A stretch of DNA of 64,000 nt from Marinoscillum sp. (GCA_038134805.1 JAYPVV010000006.1:1985-65984); one strand, 5' to 3'; positions 8,553 to 18,248 are shown, numbered from the stretch's first letter. A program made the numbers and translations. Notes: generated by a model from the sequence alone, not told the origin.

Positions 8553-11132
8553 TTAAATTGACTTCTTAAGATTTTCTAGCTTAATAAGCGCATCATCTTT
8601 CTTTTTCCTCTCAATATCCACAACATTTTGAGGGGCGTTATCAACAAAGCTTTTATTAGATAGCTTCTTATCTACAGACTTTAGAAATCCTTCCAAGTAC
8701 TCAATTTGTTTTAGTGTGTCTTCTTTAGAGTCTTCAGATTTTTCTATGGCTAGACATAAAGTGTCTTTCCCAGAGATGAGAGTAGGGTAATTACTTGGAA
8801 TTTCATTGACTTCTTGAAGATTTTTTGTCTTTGATAGCTTCTCAATTAATTCTCTATACTTAAAAAAATCAAAATCTGATTTTTTATTAACCATTAGATC
8901 AACTACATCAATTTGTTTTATTTTATTGTCAGACTTTAATTTCCTTAGCCCAGTCACAATCTCAAATACTTTCTTAAAATCATTGTTTAGACATTCATCA
9001 AAATTTTCTGGAAGTGGGTACTCAGAAATCATGATGTAATCTCTTTCTTTATCAATCTGATTCCAGAGCTCCTCAGTAATAAACGGCATGAAAGGGTGTA
9101 GCGTCTTTAATATTTTTTCTAGTACACCTATTGTACCTTCATGAGTTTTTTCTGATATAGAGTTATCCTTAATGATTTCTAGGTACCAGCTACAGAAATC
9201 ATGCCATATGAATGTGTATAAAGATAAAAGTGCATCTGAAATTCTATACTTTTTGAAGTGATTTTCAACCTCATTTAAAACCTCATTAAATCTAGAGTTA
9301 ATCCAGCTAATAGCAAGGGATTGATCCTTACCTTTATCTGATATTTCAAGTGTCTGAATAAGTCTGAAAGCATTCCATAGCTTATTTGAGAAGTTTCTTC
9401 CCTGCTCACACAGTTTCTCGTCGAACAGGAGGTCATTACCTGCTGGCGCGCTAAAGAGCATGCCAGCTCTCACTCCGTCAGCACCATATTTTTTCATTAG
9501 CTCTATTGGGTCTGGAGAGTTACCTAGTGACTTTGACATTTTCCTTCTCTGCTTATCTCTTACTATACCTGTGAAGTACACATTTTTAAATGGCATCTCA
9601 TCTCTGTACTCATATCCTGCCACAATCATTCTCGCAACCCAGAAGAAAATTATCTCTGGGGCAGTAACTAGATCAGATGTGGGGTAGTAGTAGTTAATAT
9701 CTTCATTATCAGGGTTATTAATACCATCAAAGACTGTGATTGGCCACAGCCAGCTTGAGAACCATGTGTCAAGAACATCCTCATCCTGAGTAAGATTATC
9801 TATTGTTATATTTTTATCAATCTTTTGAGCTTTTTTTAGAGCTTCCTCTTTTGTCTCTGCAACAACAAATTCGCCAGATGGAAGGTAATATGCTGGGATC
9901 TGATGCCCCCACCATAACTGTCTTGATATACACCAGTCATTTATATTTTCCATCCAGGCCCTGTACATATTTTTTAGTTTTGAAGGGTGGAATTTGATGT
10001 TATCATTCATCACATTCTCTAGTGCTGGAACCTTTACATCCTTCATGCTTAGGAACCACTGGGTAGATATTTTGGGTTCTACTACTGCGTCTGTCCTCTC
10101 AGAGAATCCAACTTTATTCCTGTAGTTTTCAACTTTTTCTAGCTGACCAATGTTATCAAGATCCTTAGAAATTTGCTTTCTTACTTTGAACCTATCCTCA
10201 CCAACATAAAGCTTTCCGTTCTCATTAACCTTTCCCTCATCATCAAAGATGTCTATTGACTGTAGTTTATGTTTCTCACCAAGCTTATAATCGTTCTCAT
10301 CATGTGAAGGAGTCACCTTCAGACATCCCGTCCCAAACTCCATATCCACATATTCATCTAGAATAATTGGAACCTCTCTATCAACTAGTGGCACAATGGC
10401 CTTCTTCCCATGAAGATGTTTAAATCTCTCATCACTAGGGTTAATGCAGACAGCAGTATCTCCTAAAAGTGTCTCTGGTCTAGTTGTAGCAATAGTTAAT
10501 GTGTCATTTGTTCCTGACACTTTATACTTAATAAAAAAAAGCTGTGAGTCAACTTCTTTATAAATAACCTCGTCATCAGCTAGAGCTGTCTTTCCCTCAG
10601 GATCCCAGTTCACCATTCGAATTCCCCTGTAGATATGTCCTTTCTCGTAGAGATCAATAAAAACTTTAATGACAGATCTTGACAGGTCTTCGTCCATAGT
10701 AAACTTTGTTCTTGACCAGTCGCAAGATGCCCCAAGTTTTTTGAGCTGCTCTAAAATAATACCCCCGTACTTTTCCTTCCATTCCCACGCGTGCTTGAGA
10801 AACTCTTCCCTTGTGAGTGATGATTTTTCTATTCCCTTTTCTTTGAGCATAGCAACTACTTTTGCCTCTGTGGCAATAGATGCGTGGTCAGTTCCCGGGA
10901 CCCAGCACGCTTCTTTTCCTTGCATCCTGGCTCGTCTTGTAAGAATATCTTGTATAGAGTTATTGAGCATATGACCCATGTGAAGTACTCCAGTGACGTT
11001 TGGTGGTGGAATTACTATAGTGAAAGGCTCTTTATCTATATCAGGTGAGGAAGAAAAACATTTATCTTCTAGCCATTTACTATACCACTTACCTTCGATA
11101 GATTGGGGATTATATTTAGAATCCAGAGACAT
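8553..11132 (-). CDS. valS: valine--tRNA ligase
   Basis: 859 aa with class I aaRS motifs PPPNVTGVLHMGH (HIGH) and KMSKSLGN (KMSKS). ValRS-type editing and anticodon regions and a C-terminal coiled coil are present. Confidence 0.97.
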   Translation of the reverse strand: MSLDSKYNPQSIEGKWYSKWLEDKCFSSSPDIDKEPFTIVIPPPNVTGVLHMGHMLNNSIQDILTRRARMQGKEACWVPGTDHASIATEAKVVAMLKEKGIEKSSLTREEFLKHAWEWKEKYGGIILEQLKKLGASCDWSRTKFTMDEDLSRSVIKVFIDLYEKGHIYRGIRMVNWDPEGKTALADDEVIYKEVDSQLFFIKYKVSGTNDTLTIATTRPETLLGDTAVCINPSDERFKHLHGKKAIVPLVDREVPIILDEYVDMEFGTGCLKVTPSHDENDYKLGEKHKLQSIDIFDDEGKVNENGKLYVGEDRFKVRKQISKDLDNIGQLEKVENYRNKVGFSERTDAVVEPKISTQWFLSMKDVKVPALENVMNDNIKFHPSKLKNMYRAWMENINDWCISRQLWWGHQIPAYYLPSGEFVVAETKEEALKKAQKIDKNITIDNLTQDEDVLDTWFSSWLWPITVFDGINNPDNEDINYYYPTSDLVTAPEIIFFWVARMIVAGYEYRDEMPFKNVYFTGIVRDKQRRKMSKSLGNSPDPIELMKKYGADGVRAGMLFSAPAGNDLLFDEKLCEQGRNFSNKLWNAFRLIQTLEISDKGKDQSLAISWINSRFNEVLNEVENHFKKYRISDALLSLYTFIWHDFCSWYLEIIKDNSISEKTHEGTIGVLEKILKTLHPFMPFITEELWNQIDKERDYIMISEYPLPENFDECLNNDFKKVFEIVTGLRKLKSDNKIKQIDVVDLMVNKKSDFDFFKYRELIEKLSKTKNLQEVNEIPSNYPTLISGKDTLCLAIEKSEDSKEDTLKQIEYLEGFLKSVDKKLSNKSFVDNAPQNVVDIERKKKDDALIKLENLKKSI

Positions 11133-11150
11133 AAAGCAAAACTAACGAGT

Positions 11151-12407
11151 CTACGCTGCTATTCTAAGCATTGCCTCAATAAATTTATCAATATCTTCGG
11201 TTGTAGAGTAGAGATTTGGTGATACCCTGACACCTCTAATTCCTCTCTCATCATCTATTGGCACAGTAAAAATATTATGTTCATCAAATAATTTGTCAGC
11301 GAGCTGGGATGGAGTTATACTTCTTACGCCAACGTTTGCTATTCCATAAGACAGGCCCTCTCCAAGAGGTGTGTTTATAATAATATTTTTATGATCTTTT
11401 AGTTCTTCTGCCCACCTCATTTGAAGGAATTTTAATCTCTTCGATTTTTCCTTTTTACCAATTTCATAGTTAAAATCAACAGCAGGAATAATTCCATTTT
11501 GATCTGAGCACGGCCTAGTGCCTAGACGCTCAAGCTTCATGATGTTATCATCATCGTAGGCTGTGTCACCGAAGAGAGGCCACACCCTCTCAGCATTTCC
11601 TTTCTTCACGTAGAGAAGTCCATTACCTAGAGGAGCTCCAAGCCACTTATGAAGAGAACACGCGTAGTAGTCACAACCTATTTCATTGACATCCATATCT
11701 ACATGAGCGAATGCATGTGCTCCGTCAACAATAGTCTCAATGCCTCTCTCTCTCGCTTGAGCACAAACTTCTTTCACTGGAAATACTTGCCCATTGAGAA
11801 ATACCATGTGTGATATTACTATGGCTTTTGTTTTTTTATCTACAGCTCCAATAACTTTATTTACTATCTCTTCCTGGTCGGTAGGGTGGATAGGTACATC
11901 AACTACTCTCACTTTAGTTCCAAATCGTCTCTCTCTCATGTCTAGAGCTTGGATAATATTTGGATACTCTAAATTTGTTCGAAGTATCTCATCTCCCTTC
12001 TCAAGCTTTAGACCTTGGATGATGATATTCATAGACTCAGTCGTATTCCTAGTGAGAATAAGTTCGTCAGTTCCAATCCCAGCAAAGGTCGCAAGTTTTT
12101 CTCTTACCTTCTCTCTCATCTCATTCTGTCTAGTTCTCATATAGAAAGAAGGAGACTCATTTATTTCTTTCACAAAATTCACCCAGTACTCTTTCACTCT
12201 CTCTGGAGATGGACTAAAATATCCTGACTCTAGATTAATGAAATTGACATTTTGATGGTAAAGATTAGCTACCTTTTTCCAGTAGCTCTCATCTTTTACA
12301 CCATCATGTATATTAGGAGTGTTCTTCTTAAAATCTAGTGAGAATAGAGGAAATAAACTTCCTGCTGCTAATGAGTTATGGATGAAGCTTCTTCTTGAGA
12401 TGGACAT
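11151..12407 (-). CDS. class V-fold PLP-dependent enzyme with twin-arginine (Tat) signal
   Basis: 418 aa. The N-terminus MSISRRSFIHNSLAAGSLFP is a Tat-type leader. The PLP-lysine context is ACSLHKWLGAP, and the overall layout is class V aminotransferase/desulfurase-like. Confidence 0.82.
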   Translation of the reverse strand: MSISRRSFIHNSLAAGSLFPLFSLDFKKNTPNIHDGVKDESYWKKVANLYHQNVNFINLESGYFSPSPERVKEYWVNFVKEINESPSFYMRTRQNEMREKVREKLATFAGIGTDELILTRNTTESMNIIIQGLKLEKGDEILRTNLEYPNIIQALDMRERRFGTKVRVVDVPIHPTDQEEIVNKVIGAVDKKTKAIVISHMVFLNGQVFPVKEVCAQARERGIETIVDGAHAFAHVDMDVNEIGCDYYACSLHKWLGAPLGNGLLYVKKGNAERVWPLFGDTAYDDDNIMKLERLGTRPCSDQNGIIPAVDFNYEIGKKEKSKRLKFLQMRWAEELKDHKNIIINTPLGEGLSYGIANVGVRSITPSQLADKLFDEHNIFTVPIDDERGIRGVRVSPNLYSTTEDIDKFIEAMLRIAA

Positions 12408-12420
12408 TTATACAAGATAT

Positions 12421-12453
12421 TAAAAAAAAAAGGCTAACAAAATGTTAGCCTTT
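12421..12453 (-). terminator. intrinsic terminator downstream of the lipoprotein gene
   Basis: A 9-11 bp stem (AGGCTAACA 12431-12439 pairs with TGTTAGCCT 12443-12451) with an AAA loop. The A9-10 run at 12422-12430 reads as a U-tract for the minus-strand transcript. Confidence 0.6.
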
Positions 12454-12477
12454 AATTTAACTATAAAATTTGAATAA

Positions 12478-14085
12478 TTAATTAACTGTAACTGGGAACG
12501 GAGGACCTGGGTAACTTGTTGGATTACCTTGAGGTATTGTAGCACCAAATTTTTCGTTAATTGCTCTAATAAACTTATTTGCTATCATGCTATATCCTCT
12601 TGCATTTGGGTGAATTCCATCAGTTGAGAACATCCCAGTAGGAGGTGCAAAATCGTAGGTGATAACAGAATTATTAACCACCATTGGACTTCCACCAGCT
12701 AGACCAGCAAAATATCCGTCAAAATTTGCGACAGCAACCCTATTGTTACCAATAGCATTCACTGCTCCAACTATAGCTGCATTTACTGTTGCTCTAGCAA
12801 CTTCAAATTCATAAAGCTCTGCTCCAGTTAGAACATATTGATCCTCAAGAGGTATTGATACACCCCAAACAGCAGTTGGCATATTAGGTGCTATAGGTTG
12901 ACCTAATACTGCTTGTGCTGATAGCGGTAGAATATCTGTATCTCTACCTTGTCTAGCCATTCTGTAAGGCTCCAATCCAGCTCTTTGTTGAGCTGTCATA
13001 GCCTGAGCTAAAACTAACTGATCCCAGAGAGGTCCTAAGTCAGTCAGAGACTCATCATTAATAAGGACAGCGTTTTGACCAGCAGACCATGATAACTTTC
13101 TCGATGTAGCTTCTTCAACTGATAAGAGTTGAAATGCAGCTAGGCCATCGAGAGTTGCATTAAACCCAGTACCTAATTGTGCCTGAAGACCTCCAGCTGT
13201 TGCTGCATCTAAAGCAATGATTTTAGAAGGTTTAGCAACAGTTGCAGCAATAAATTGGAAATATGGTAAAGCTAACAAATCAGGAACAGTACCAACAACT
13301 CCTTTCCATACTGGATTAAGAGTAAGCATAGCACCAAGTGCTTGCTGATAATATGTACCAAGAGTAGCTGCGTCAGGTTTTGGAACTTGCGATTGATCAC
13401 CACCTCTAGCTGAGTAAGCAACAAAGTCAGAAAAACCTAACCAAGACATAAAAAACGATCCTCCTGATCCAATAAATTGACCAAGTGGAGAAACTGTAGC
13501 TCCAGACGCGTCAAATCTTGCAAAAAATGGATTATATGCAGGATTTTGAGGTATATTTGGTCCACCAGCAAACTCCGTTAAAAACATTCCCATAACTGAA
13601 TTAGGAAAAGCAAAATTATTGAGCTTTGTCTTATCTCCTGAGTATGGGGTTAAGACAGACGCTATATCACCAGGCTTAAAACTAATTCCAATAGCTCCAG
13701 TTGATGCACTAACAGTTAGGTAAGTTTTTCCTTGGTCATCAGATGTTCCAGGAATACCATCAGGACCTGGTCCTAAATATCCATTTTCAGAATTAATGTC
13801 AGGCTGATTAAAGGTATTTGATCCACCCGCAAGCTGTAACTGGTTATTAATCATTTTTCCTAGTGAATACATTTGACCACTAGTATTTAGAGTACCATCC
13901 ATAGTTCCAGCCGTAAAACTTCCTCCTATTGTAACAAACTTAGAGAAATTTGCACTTCCACTCTTTCCAGATGAAGATCCAGAACTAGAAGACGGGTAAG
14001 GCTGAAAATCAGCAATTTCCTGCTCACAAGAGAAAAATACAAGTGAGAGAAACGCAGTTAAAATTATTGATTTAAACTTTTTCAT
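12478..14085 (-). CDS. surface lipoprotein with SGNH/GDSL-hydrolase-like blocks
   Basis: 535 aa. Lipoprotein signal (LVFFSC) followed by a Ser/Gly linker. Block I-like FVTIGGSFTAG has GGS in place of GDS, and block V-like is TDGIHPNARGY. Sits 13 bp downstream of the TonB-dependent receptor gene. Confidence 0.6.
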   Translation of the reverse strand: MKKFKSIILTAFLSLVFFSCEQEIADFQPYPSSSSGSSSGKSGSANFSKFVTIGGSFTAGTMDGTLNTSGQMYSLGKMINNQLQLAGGSNTFNQPDINSENGYLGPGPDGIPGTSDDQGKTYLTVSASTGAIGISFKPGDIASVLTPYSGDKTKLNNFAFPNSVMGMFLTEFAGGPNIPQNPAYNPFFARFDASGATVSPLGQFIGSGGSFFMSWLGFSDFVAYSARGGDQSQVPKPDAATLGTYYQQALGAMLTLNPVWKGVVGTVPDLLALPYFQFIAATVAKPSKIIALDAATAGGLQAQLGTGFNATLDGLAAFQLLSVEEATSRKLSWSAGQNAVLINDESLTDLGPLWDQLVLAQAMTAQQRAGLEPYRMARQGRDTDILPLSAQAVLGQPIAPNMPTAVWGVSIPLEDQYVLTGAELYEFEVARATVNAAIVGAVNAIGNNRVAVANFDGYFAGLAGGSPMVVNNSVITYDFAPPTGMFSTDGIHPNARGYSMIANKFIRAINEKFGATIPQGNPTSYPGPPFPVTVN

Positions 14086-14098
14086 AATTATGTATTTA

Positions 14099-16906
14099 TT
14101 AGTTTAAAAATTCGTCAAATGTTAGAGATACATAGAATAGTTTTCCAACAAACGGACCACCAGGTCTAGATCTATAATCATTATTATCAATTCCAATATG
14201 GTTACCACCAACTTTAAGTATTGACTTAAGACTCTCAATTTTATAACTCACTTGAGCATCAAAAGTACCGTAGGCAGGAATCATCATATTAGCAAATGTA
14301 CTTTCATATAAAAACTCATCTTGGAATCTTAAACTTGCAGAGAATCCAAAGTTTTTAAATACTTCTCTATTCGCAAATGTGAATGAGTACATATTATTTG
14401 GTGTATTGAAGTAAGAGACAAAGTCACTTTCTCCTGGGTCAGATCCATTGATTTCAAGATTCTTGTAGTTATAGTTACCTGTTAACTTATAACCCATCCC
14501 AACGTCTATGGTTAGTCCCATTCCAAATCCCCATGATCTCACATCATCATCACTGTTACTGTCAAGAGCCCAAGTATATCCAGCTGGTATAGGGTTTCCC
14601 TTATGGCTAGTTGCATACTTTGCATTCACTACTTGTCCTCCCTCGAAGTCATCGTAATTTGTATTATAAAAGTTCATATCTACCAAAACAACATCGCTCA
14701 GAATTCCTTTATATCCGAACTCTATTGAAGAAAGTCTCTCTGGTTTGATGTAATCAACGTACGCCTCTTTGAGTAGGGCAGGATTGCCACCAACAGGATC
14801 GCCTGTTGAAGGGTTCAAACTACCGCCAGAAAGAAGATATGCCTGATAAGACTCATTTGTCCAAGCATTTCCTTCCATAACACCATATCTCTCAGCATTT
14901 GCTCGGGCAGTACCAAGAAGAGTAGATGTGCCAGTAGGGAAGAAAATAAATTGAGATTGCGTGTCAGGGTTTCTGAATCCAGTCTGATAACTAAATCTAA
15001 AGTTATGAGTGTCAGCAAATGTGTAAACTGCCGCAATTCTAGGAGTTACTCTACCATCATAATTTTGATTTTTGTCATATCTCAATGAACCAATTAATCT
15101 AAATCCATCAAAAACTTCAGTATTTGCCTGAGCAAATGCACCAAATTCTCCAATATTGATTCTTTCGTTCACACCGTCTCCGTCAGGATCTTCATTGAAA
15201 ACTGTCCCATCAGTGAAAACTCCGTAATTCCTATAGTTTGCTCCAAGAAGTAACCAGTCAGAAGCTTCGTAAGTTATATCAGCATGCGTAAGTTTTGAGT
15301 TATCATAGAAACTCGCACCAGGTGCAGTAGGGTCTTGAAATCTATTTTTCATTACTTGGTCTCTAACTGCAATCCACTCAGAAGAGCCTACAGCAGGAAT
15401 TCCAGCATCAGCATTAGCTCTAGATACAGCGTGAGCAGCATCGATATTTCCCGATGGAACTCCAGGAACATAACCTTGCATGGCAAGTAAGTATGTCTGA
15501 AGATATGTAGGAACCCAGCTAGCAGCTGATGGCTTAAACACTTCATTCATTATAGCTCCAAGTGCCCCTAAGTTATAGGAATTTCCAGCATCTGTAACTG
15601 TCTGATACAATTTGAAATCAACCTTACTACTTTTTAATCCAAGCTTAATAAATTGTTGTCCAAAATCTCTTAGAGCATATTTTTGTGCACCGGTATAGAT
15701 AGTGTTTCCACCACCTTTTCTGTAGACTAATGAAGCTTCTAAATCATCATTTAATCTGTAGTTAACTCCTACATCATATTTCATATTCTTAGCGTCATTA
15801 TTATCAAGTAAAAATTCTTCAGGAAGTCCAGTCCTTCTTAAATCAAGAACTTGTTCTGGAAGAAGGTAAACCCAATTTCCAACAAGAGGAGCAGCAAGAC
15901 CAACGGGTACTGCTATCTGAGTCTCATCTCCATGAAGGTTTAGTCCATTAAAATTAGGCCTTCCTCTCATATCGATATCACTGAGAGCATTTCCACCTGC
16001 ATCAACATTAGTGATGTAGTCATCTGCTATCCAGTCAGTAGCCATGTCATATGAGAAGTTTACTTTTATAGCAAGCTTATCATTGAATGCTTTTGCATAT
16101 CTTAAATTATACTTTGCATATCCGTTATTTTCATTTCCAGCTCTGTGGGACTTAGTGTAGCCCTGCATAACTTGAGCTGAAAGACCTTGATACTCAAAAG
16201 GACTTTTACTAGTCATAAGCATTGTCCCGTTGAAAGCATTAGGACCATAGAGTGCTGAAGAAGCACCAGGTATAATTTCAACACTTTCTAAATCAAGAGG
16301 GTTAATTCCTACTAAGTTTCCAGTAGGGAAATTAAGTAATGGAGCTGAAGTATCCATCCCATCAACTAACTGAACAAATCTAGTGTTAGCATCAGTAGCA
16401 AATCCTCTAGTATTTACGGCTGCAAAGTTTAGACTTCCTCTACTAACTTTAACACCTTTTATATGTTCAAGTTGATCCATAAAATCAGCAGTAGCTGAAT
16501 TTTGGATTTCAAGTAGATCCATCTTTTCAATTGTCACAGGTGCTTCTAAGATACTTTGCTCAACTCTTGAAGCAGATACAACAACCTCACTCCCCAACAG
16601 AACAGACTCTGATAGGGTCACATTAAGGTCAGACACGTTTGAAGATACATTTACTTCTTGCGTCTGGTAACCAACAATTGAAAATACTAACGTCACTGGT
16701 GAATCAGAGACATTCAAACTAAAGTTACCATCCCTATCAGAGACAGTACCTAGCACTTTGCCTTTAACTAATATATTTACCCCAATCAGCCCACCATTTT
16801 CATCAGATACGTTTCCTGAAATAGATAGTCCTTGTGAAAAAGATTGAATTGATATAGTAGAAAAAAATAGTAAAAGGCAGACTAATTTCTTAACAAAATT
16901 ATTCAT
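14099..16906 (-). CDS. TonB-dependent outer-membrane receptor with N-terminal carboxypeptidase-regulatory-like domain
   Basis: 935 aa with a signal peptide, a CarboxypepD_reg-like segment (ISGNVSDENGGLIGVNILVKG), a plug region (IPGASSALYGPNAFNG), a long barrel, and a C-terminal aromatic-rich end (TFDEFLN). Confidence 0.9.
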   Translation of the reverse strand: MNNFVKKLVCLLLFFSTISIQSFSQGLSISGNVSDENGGLIGVNILVKGKVLGTVSDRDGNFSLNVSDSPVTLVFSIVGYQTQEVNVSSNVSDLNVTLSESVLLGSEVVVSASRVEQSILEAPVTIEKMDLLEIQNSATADFMDQLEHIKGVKVSRGSLNFAAVNTRGFATDANTRFVQLVDGMDTSAPLLNFPTGNLVGINPLDLESVEIIPGASSALYGPNAFNGTMLMTSKSPFEYQGLSAQVMQGYTKSHRAGNENNGYAKYNLRYAKAFNDKLAIKVNFSYDMATDWIADDYITNVDAGGNALSDIDMRGRPNFNGLNLHGDETQIAVPVGLAAPLVGNWVYLLPEQVLDLRRTGLPEEFLLDNNDAKNMKYDVGVNYRLNDDLEASLVYRKGGGNTIYTGAQKYALRDFGQQFIKLGLKSSKVDFKLYQTVTDAGNSYNLGALGAIMNEVFKPSAASWVPTYLQTYLLAMQGYVPGVPSGNIDAAHAVSRANADAGIPAVGSSEWIAVRDQVMKNRFQDPTAPGASFYDNSKLTHADITYEASDWLLLGANYRNYGVFTDGTVFNEDPDGDGVNERINIGEFGAFAQANTEVFDGFRLIGSLRYDKNQNYDGRVTPRIAAVYTFADTHNFRFSYQTGFRNPDTQSQFIFFPTGTSTLLGTARANAERYGVMEGNAWTNESYQAYLLSGGSLNPSTGDPVGGNPALLKEAYVDYIKPERLSSIEFGYKGILSDVVLVDMNFYNTNYDDFEGGQVVNAKYATSHKGNPIPAGYTWALDSNSDDDVRSWGFGMGLTIDVGMGYKLTGNYNYKNLEINGSDPGESDFVSYFNTPNNMYSFTFANREVFKNFGFSASLRFQDEFLYESTFANMMIPAYGTFDAQVSYKIESLKSILKVGGNHIGIDNNDYRSRPGGPFVGKLFYVSLTFDEFLN

Positions 16907-16990
16907 ACACTTTATAGTTTTATGTTAACATTTAGGTTAGTTTAACTAACAACTTTAAGCAAAATAATAAAAATTGGATATTTCAGAGAA

Positions 16991-17323
16991 TTAATTTGAG
17001 TTATTTTTCAAGTGCTCAACAAGCTTATCACATAGCTTATTTGTCTCTTTTGACATATACTCGTCACCTGTTGAGTTGAGTATACTTTGACTTAGTCCGC
17101 CCAGACAATCAATGTAAAATCTTTTCATCTCATCTGTTTTCATGTCTTTTGTCCATAAATCTATCCTAAGCGTATTATTCTTTTTTTCATCCCATAAGGA
17201 TAAACTAATAGATTTTGTCTCTGAAAGCCCATCACTAAGGCTATCTTCAGCAATCCATTCTATTTTTTCTGGGATATTACCTTCATCAAGAGTAACTATA
17301 AATTTAATTTCTGATTTTTTCAT
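16991..17323 (-). CDS. gldC: gliding-motility-associated protein GldC
   Basis: 110 aa. SEIKFIVTLDEGNIPEKIEWIAED and LRIDLWTKDMKTDEMKRFY match the GldC sequence as I remember it from Flavobacterium. Confidence 0.7.
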   Translation of the reverse strand: MKKSEIKFIVTLDEGNIPEKIEWIAEDSLSDGLSETKSISLSLWDEKKNNTLRIDLWTKDMKTDEMKRFYIDCLGGLSQSILNSTGDEYMSKETNKLCDKLVEHLKNNSN

Positions 17324-18248
17324 TTTTTAAAAGTTTAAGTGATTCAAGTTCGTCTTTTTTAAGTTGATTTTTTAATTCTTCTGTATTTATAAATTTTCTC
17401 TCATCTCTCATCTTTTTGATAAATTTTATGATAATTATCTTATCATATATCATAGATTTGAAATGAAATATATGAAGCTCAATTCTTCTCTCTTTACCAT
17501 TTACAGTAGGTCTAGTACCTATATTTATCATGCACCCATATAATTTATTATTAATCACTACTTCTCCAACATATACTCCATTTTTAGGTATGAGAATAGA
17601 TGTGTCTAACGGTTCAATATTTGCAGTGGGATACCCTAATTTTTTTCCAATTCCATCTCCCTTTATCACTTTCCCTTTAAAAAAGTATCTATATCCTAAC
17701 ATCTTATTAGCGTCTAGCAGATTTCCAGATCTTATATTTTCTCTAATAGCTGATGAGCTGATTGATAAATCTGAGCTGATCTCTTTTTTTTGAATCTCTT
17801 GAATATCAAAACTATATTTTTTTTTATTCTTCTTTAAAAAAAGAAAATTCCCTTGTCTTTTATGACCGAAGCAATGGTTATACCCTAAAATAAGTTTATC
17901 TATGTTAAGCTTATCAACTAGGTAGGTTTCAATGAATGAGTGTGCATCAATCTTTGAAAACTGAAGAGTAAATTCAATTATATATAAAATATCAACTCCT
18001 AAACTCTCAAGACTTTTTATTTTTTCTTCATTACTAAGTAACAGTTCAACATGAGTGTTTTTATTAAGAACATTTCTTGGATGCGGCCAAAAAGTGATTA
18101 GTATACTTTGTCCATTATTTTGTTTTGCTTGAGAGATGAGCTCACTTAGAATTTTTTTATGACCAAGATGTATCCCATCAAAGTAACCGATTGTAGCAAT
18201 GGAATATTTTGAATGAGGTAATGAAGACTGATCACTAACTATTTTCAA
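17304..18248 (-). CDS. ribF: bifunctional riboflavin kinase / FMN adenylyltransferase
   Basis: 314 aa. N-terminal FAD synthetase motifs (IGYFDGIHLGHKKIL) and a C-terminal riboflavin kinase (GYPTANIEP, IELHIFHF). Confidence 0.93.
   Translation of the reverse strand: MKIVSDQSSLPHSKYSIATIGYFDGIHLGHKKILSELISQAKQNNGQSILITFWPHPRNVLNKNTHVELLLSNEEKIKSLESLGVDILYIIEFTLQFSKIDAHSFIETYLVDKLNIDKLILGYNHCFGHKRQGNFLFLKKNKKKYSFDIQEIQKKEISSDLSISSSAIRENIRSGNLLDANKMLGYRYFFKGKVIKGDGIGKKLGYPTANIEPLDTSILIPKNGVYVGEVVINNKLYGCMINIGTRPTVNGKERRIELHIFHFKSMIYDKIIIIKFIKKMRDERKFINTEELKNQLKKDELESLKLLKNEKIRN

Noticed and set aside
16936-16950. Palindrome GTTAGTTTAACTAAC, 30-44 bp upstream of the TonB-dependent receptor start; possible operator or gldC terminator.
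   Set aside because: It has only 5-7 bp AT-rich arms, no following T-tract and no second copy in the window. This is insufficient evidence for either role.
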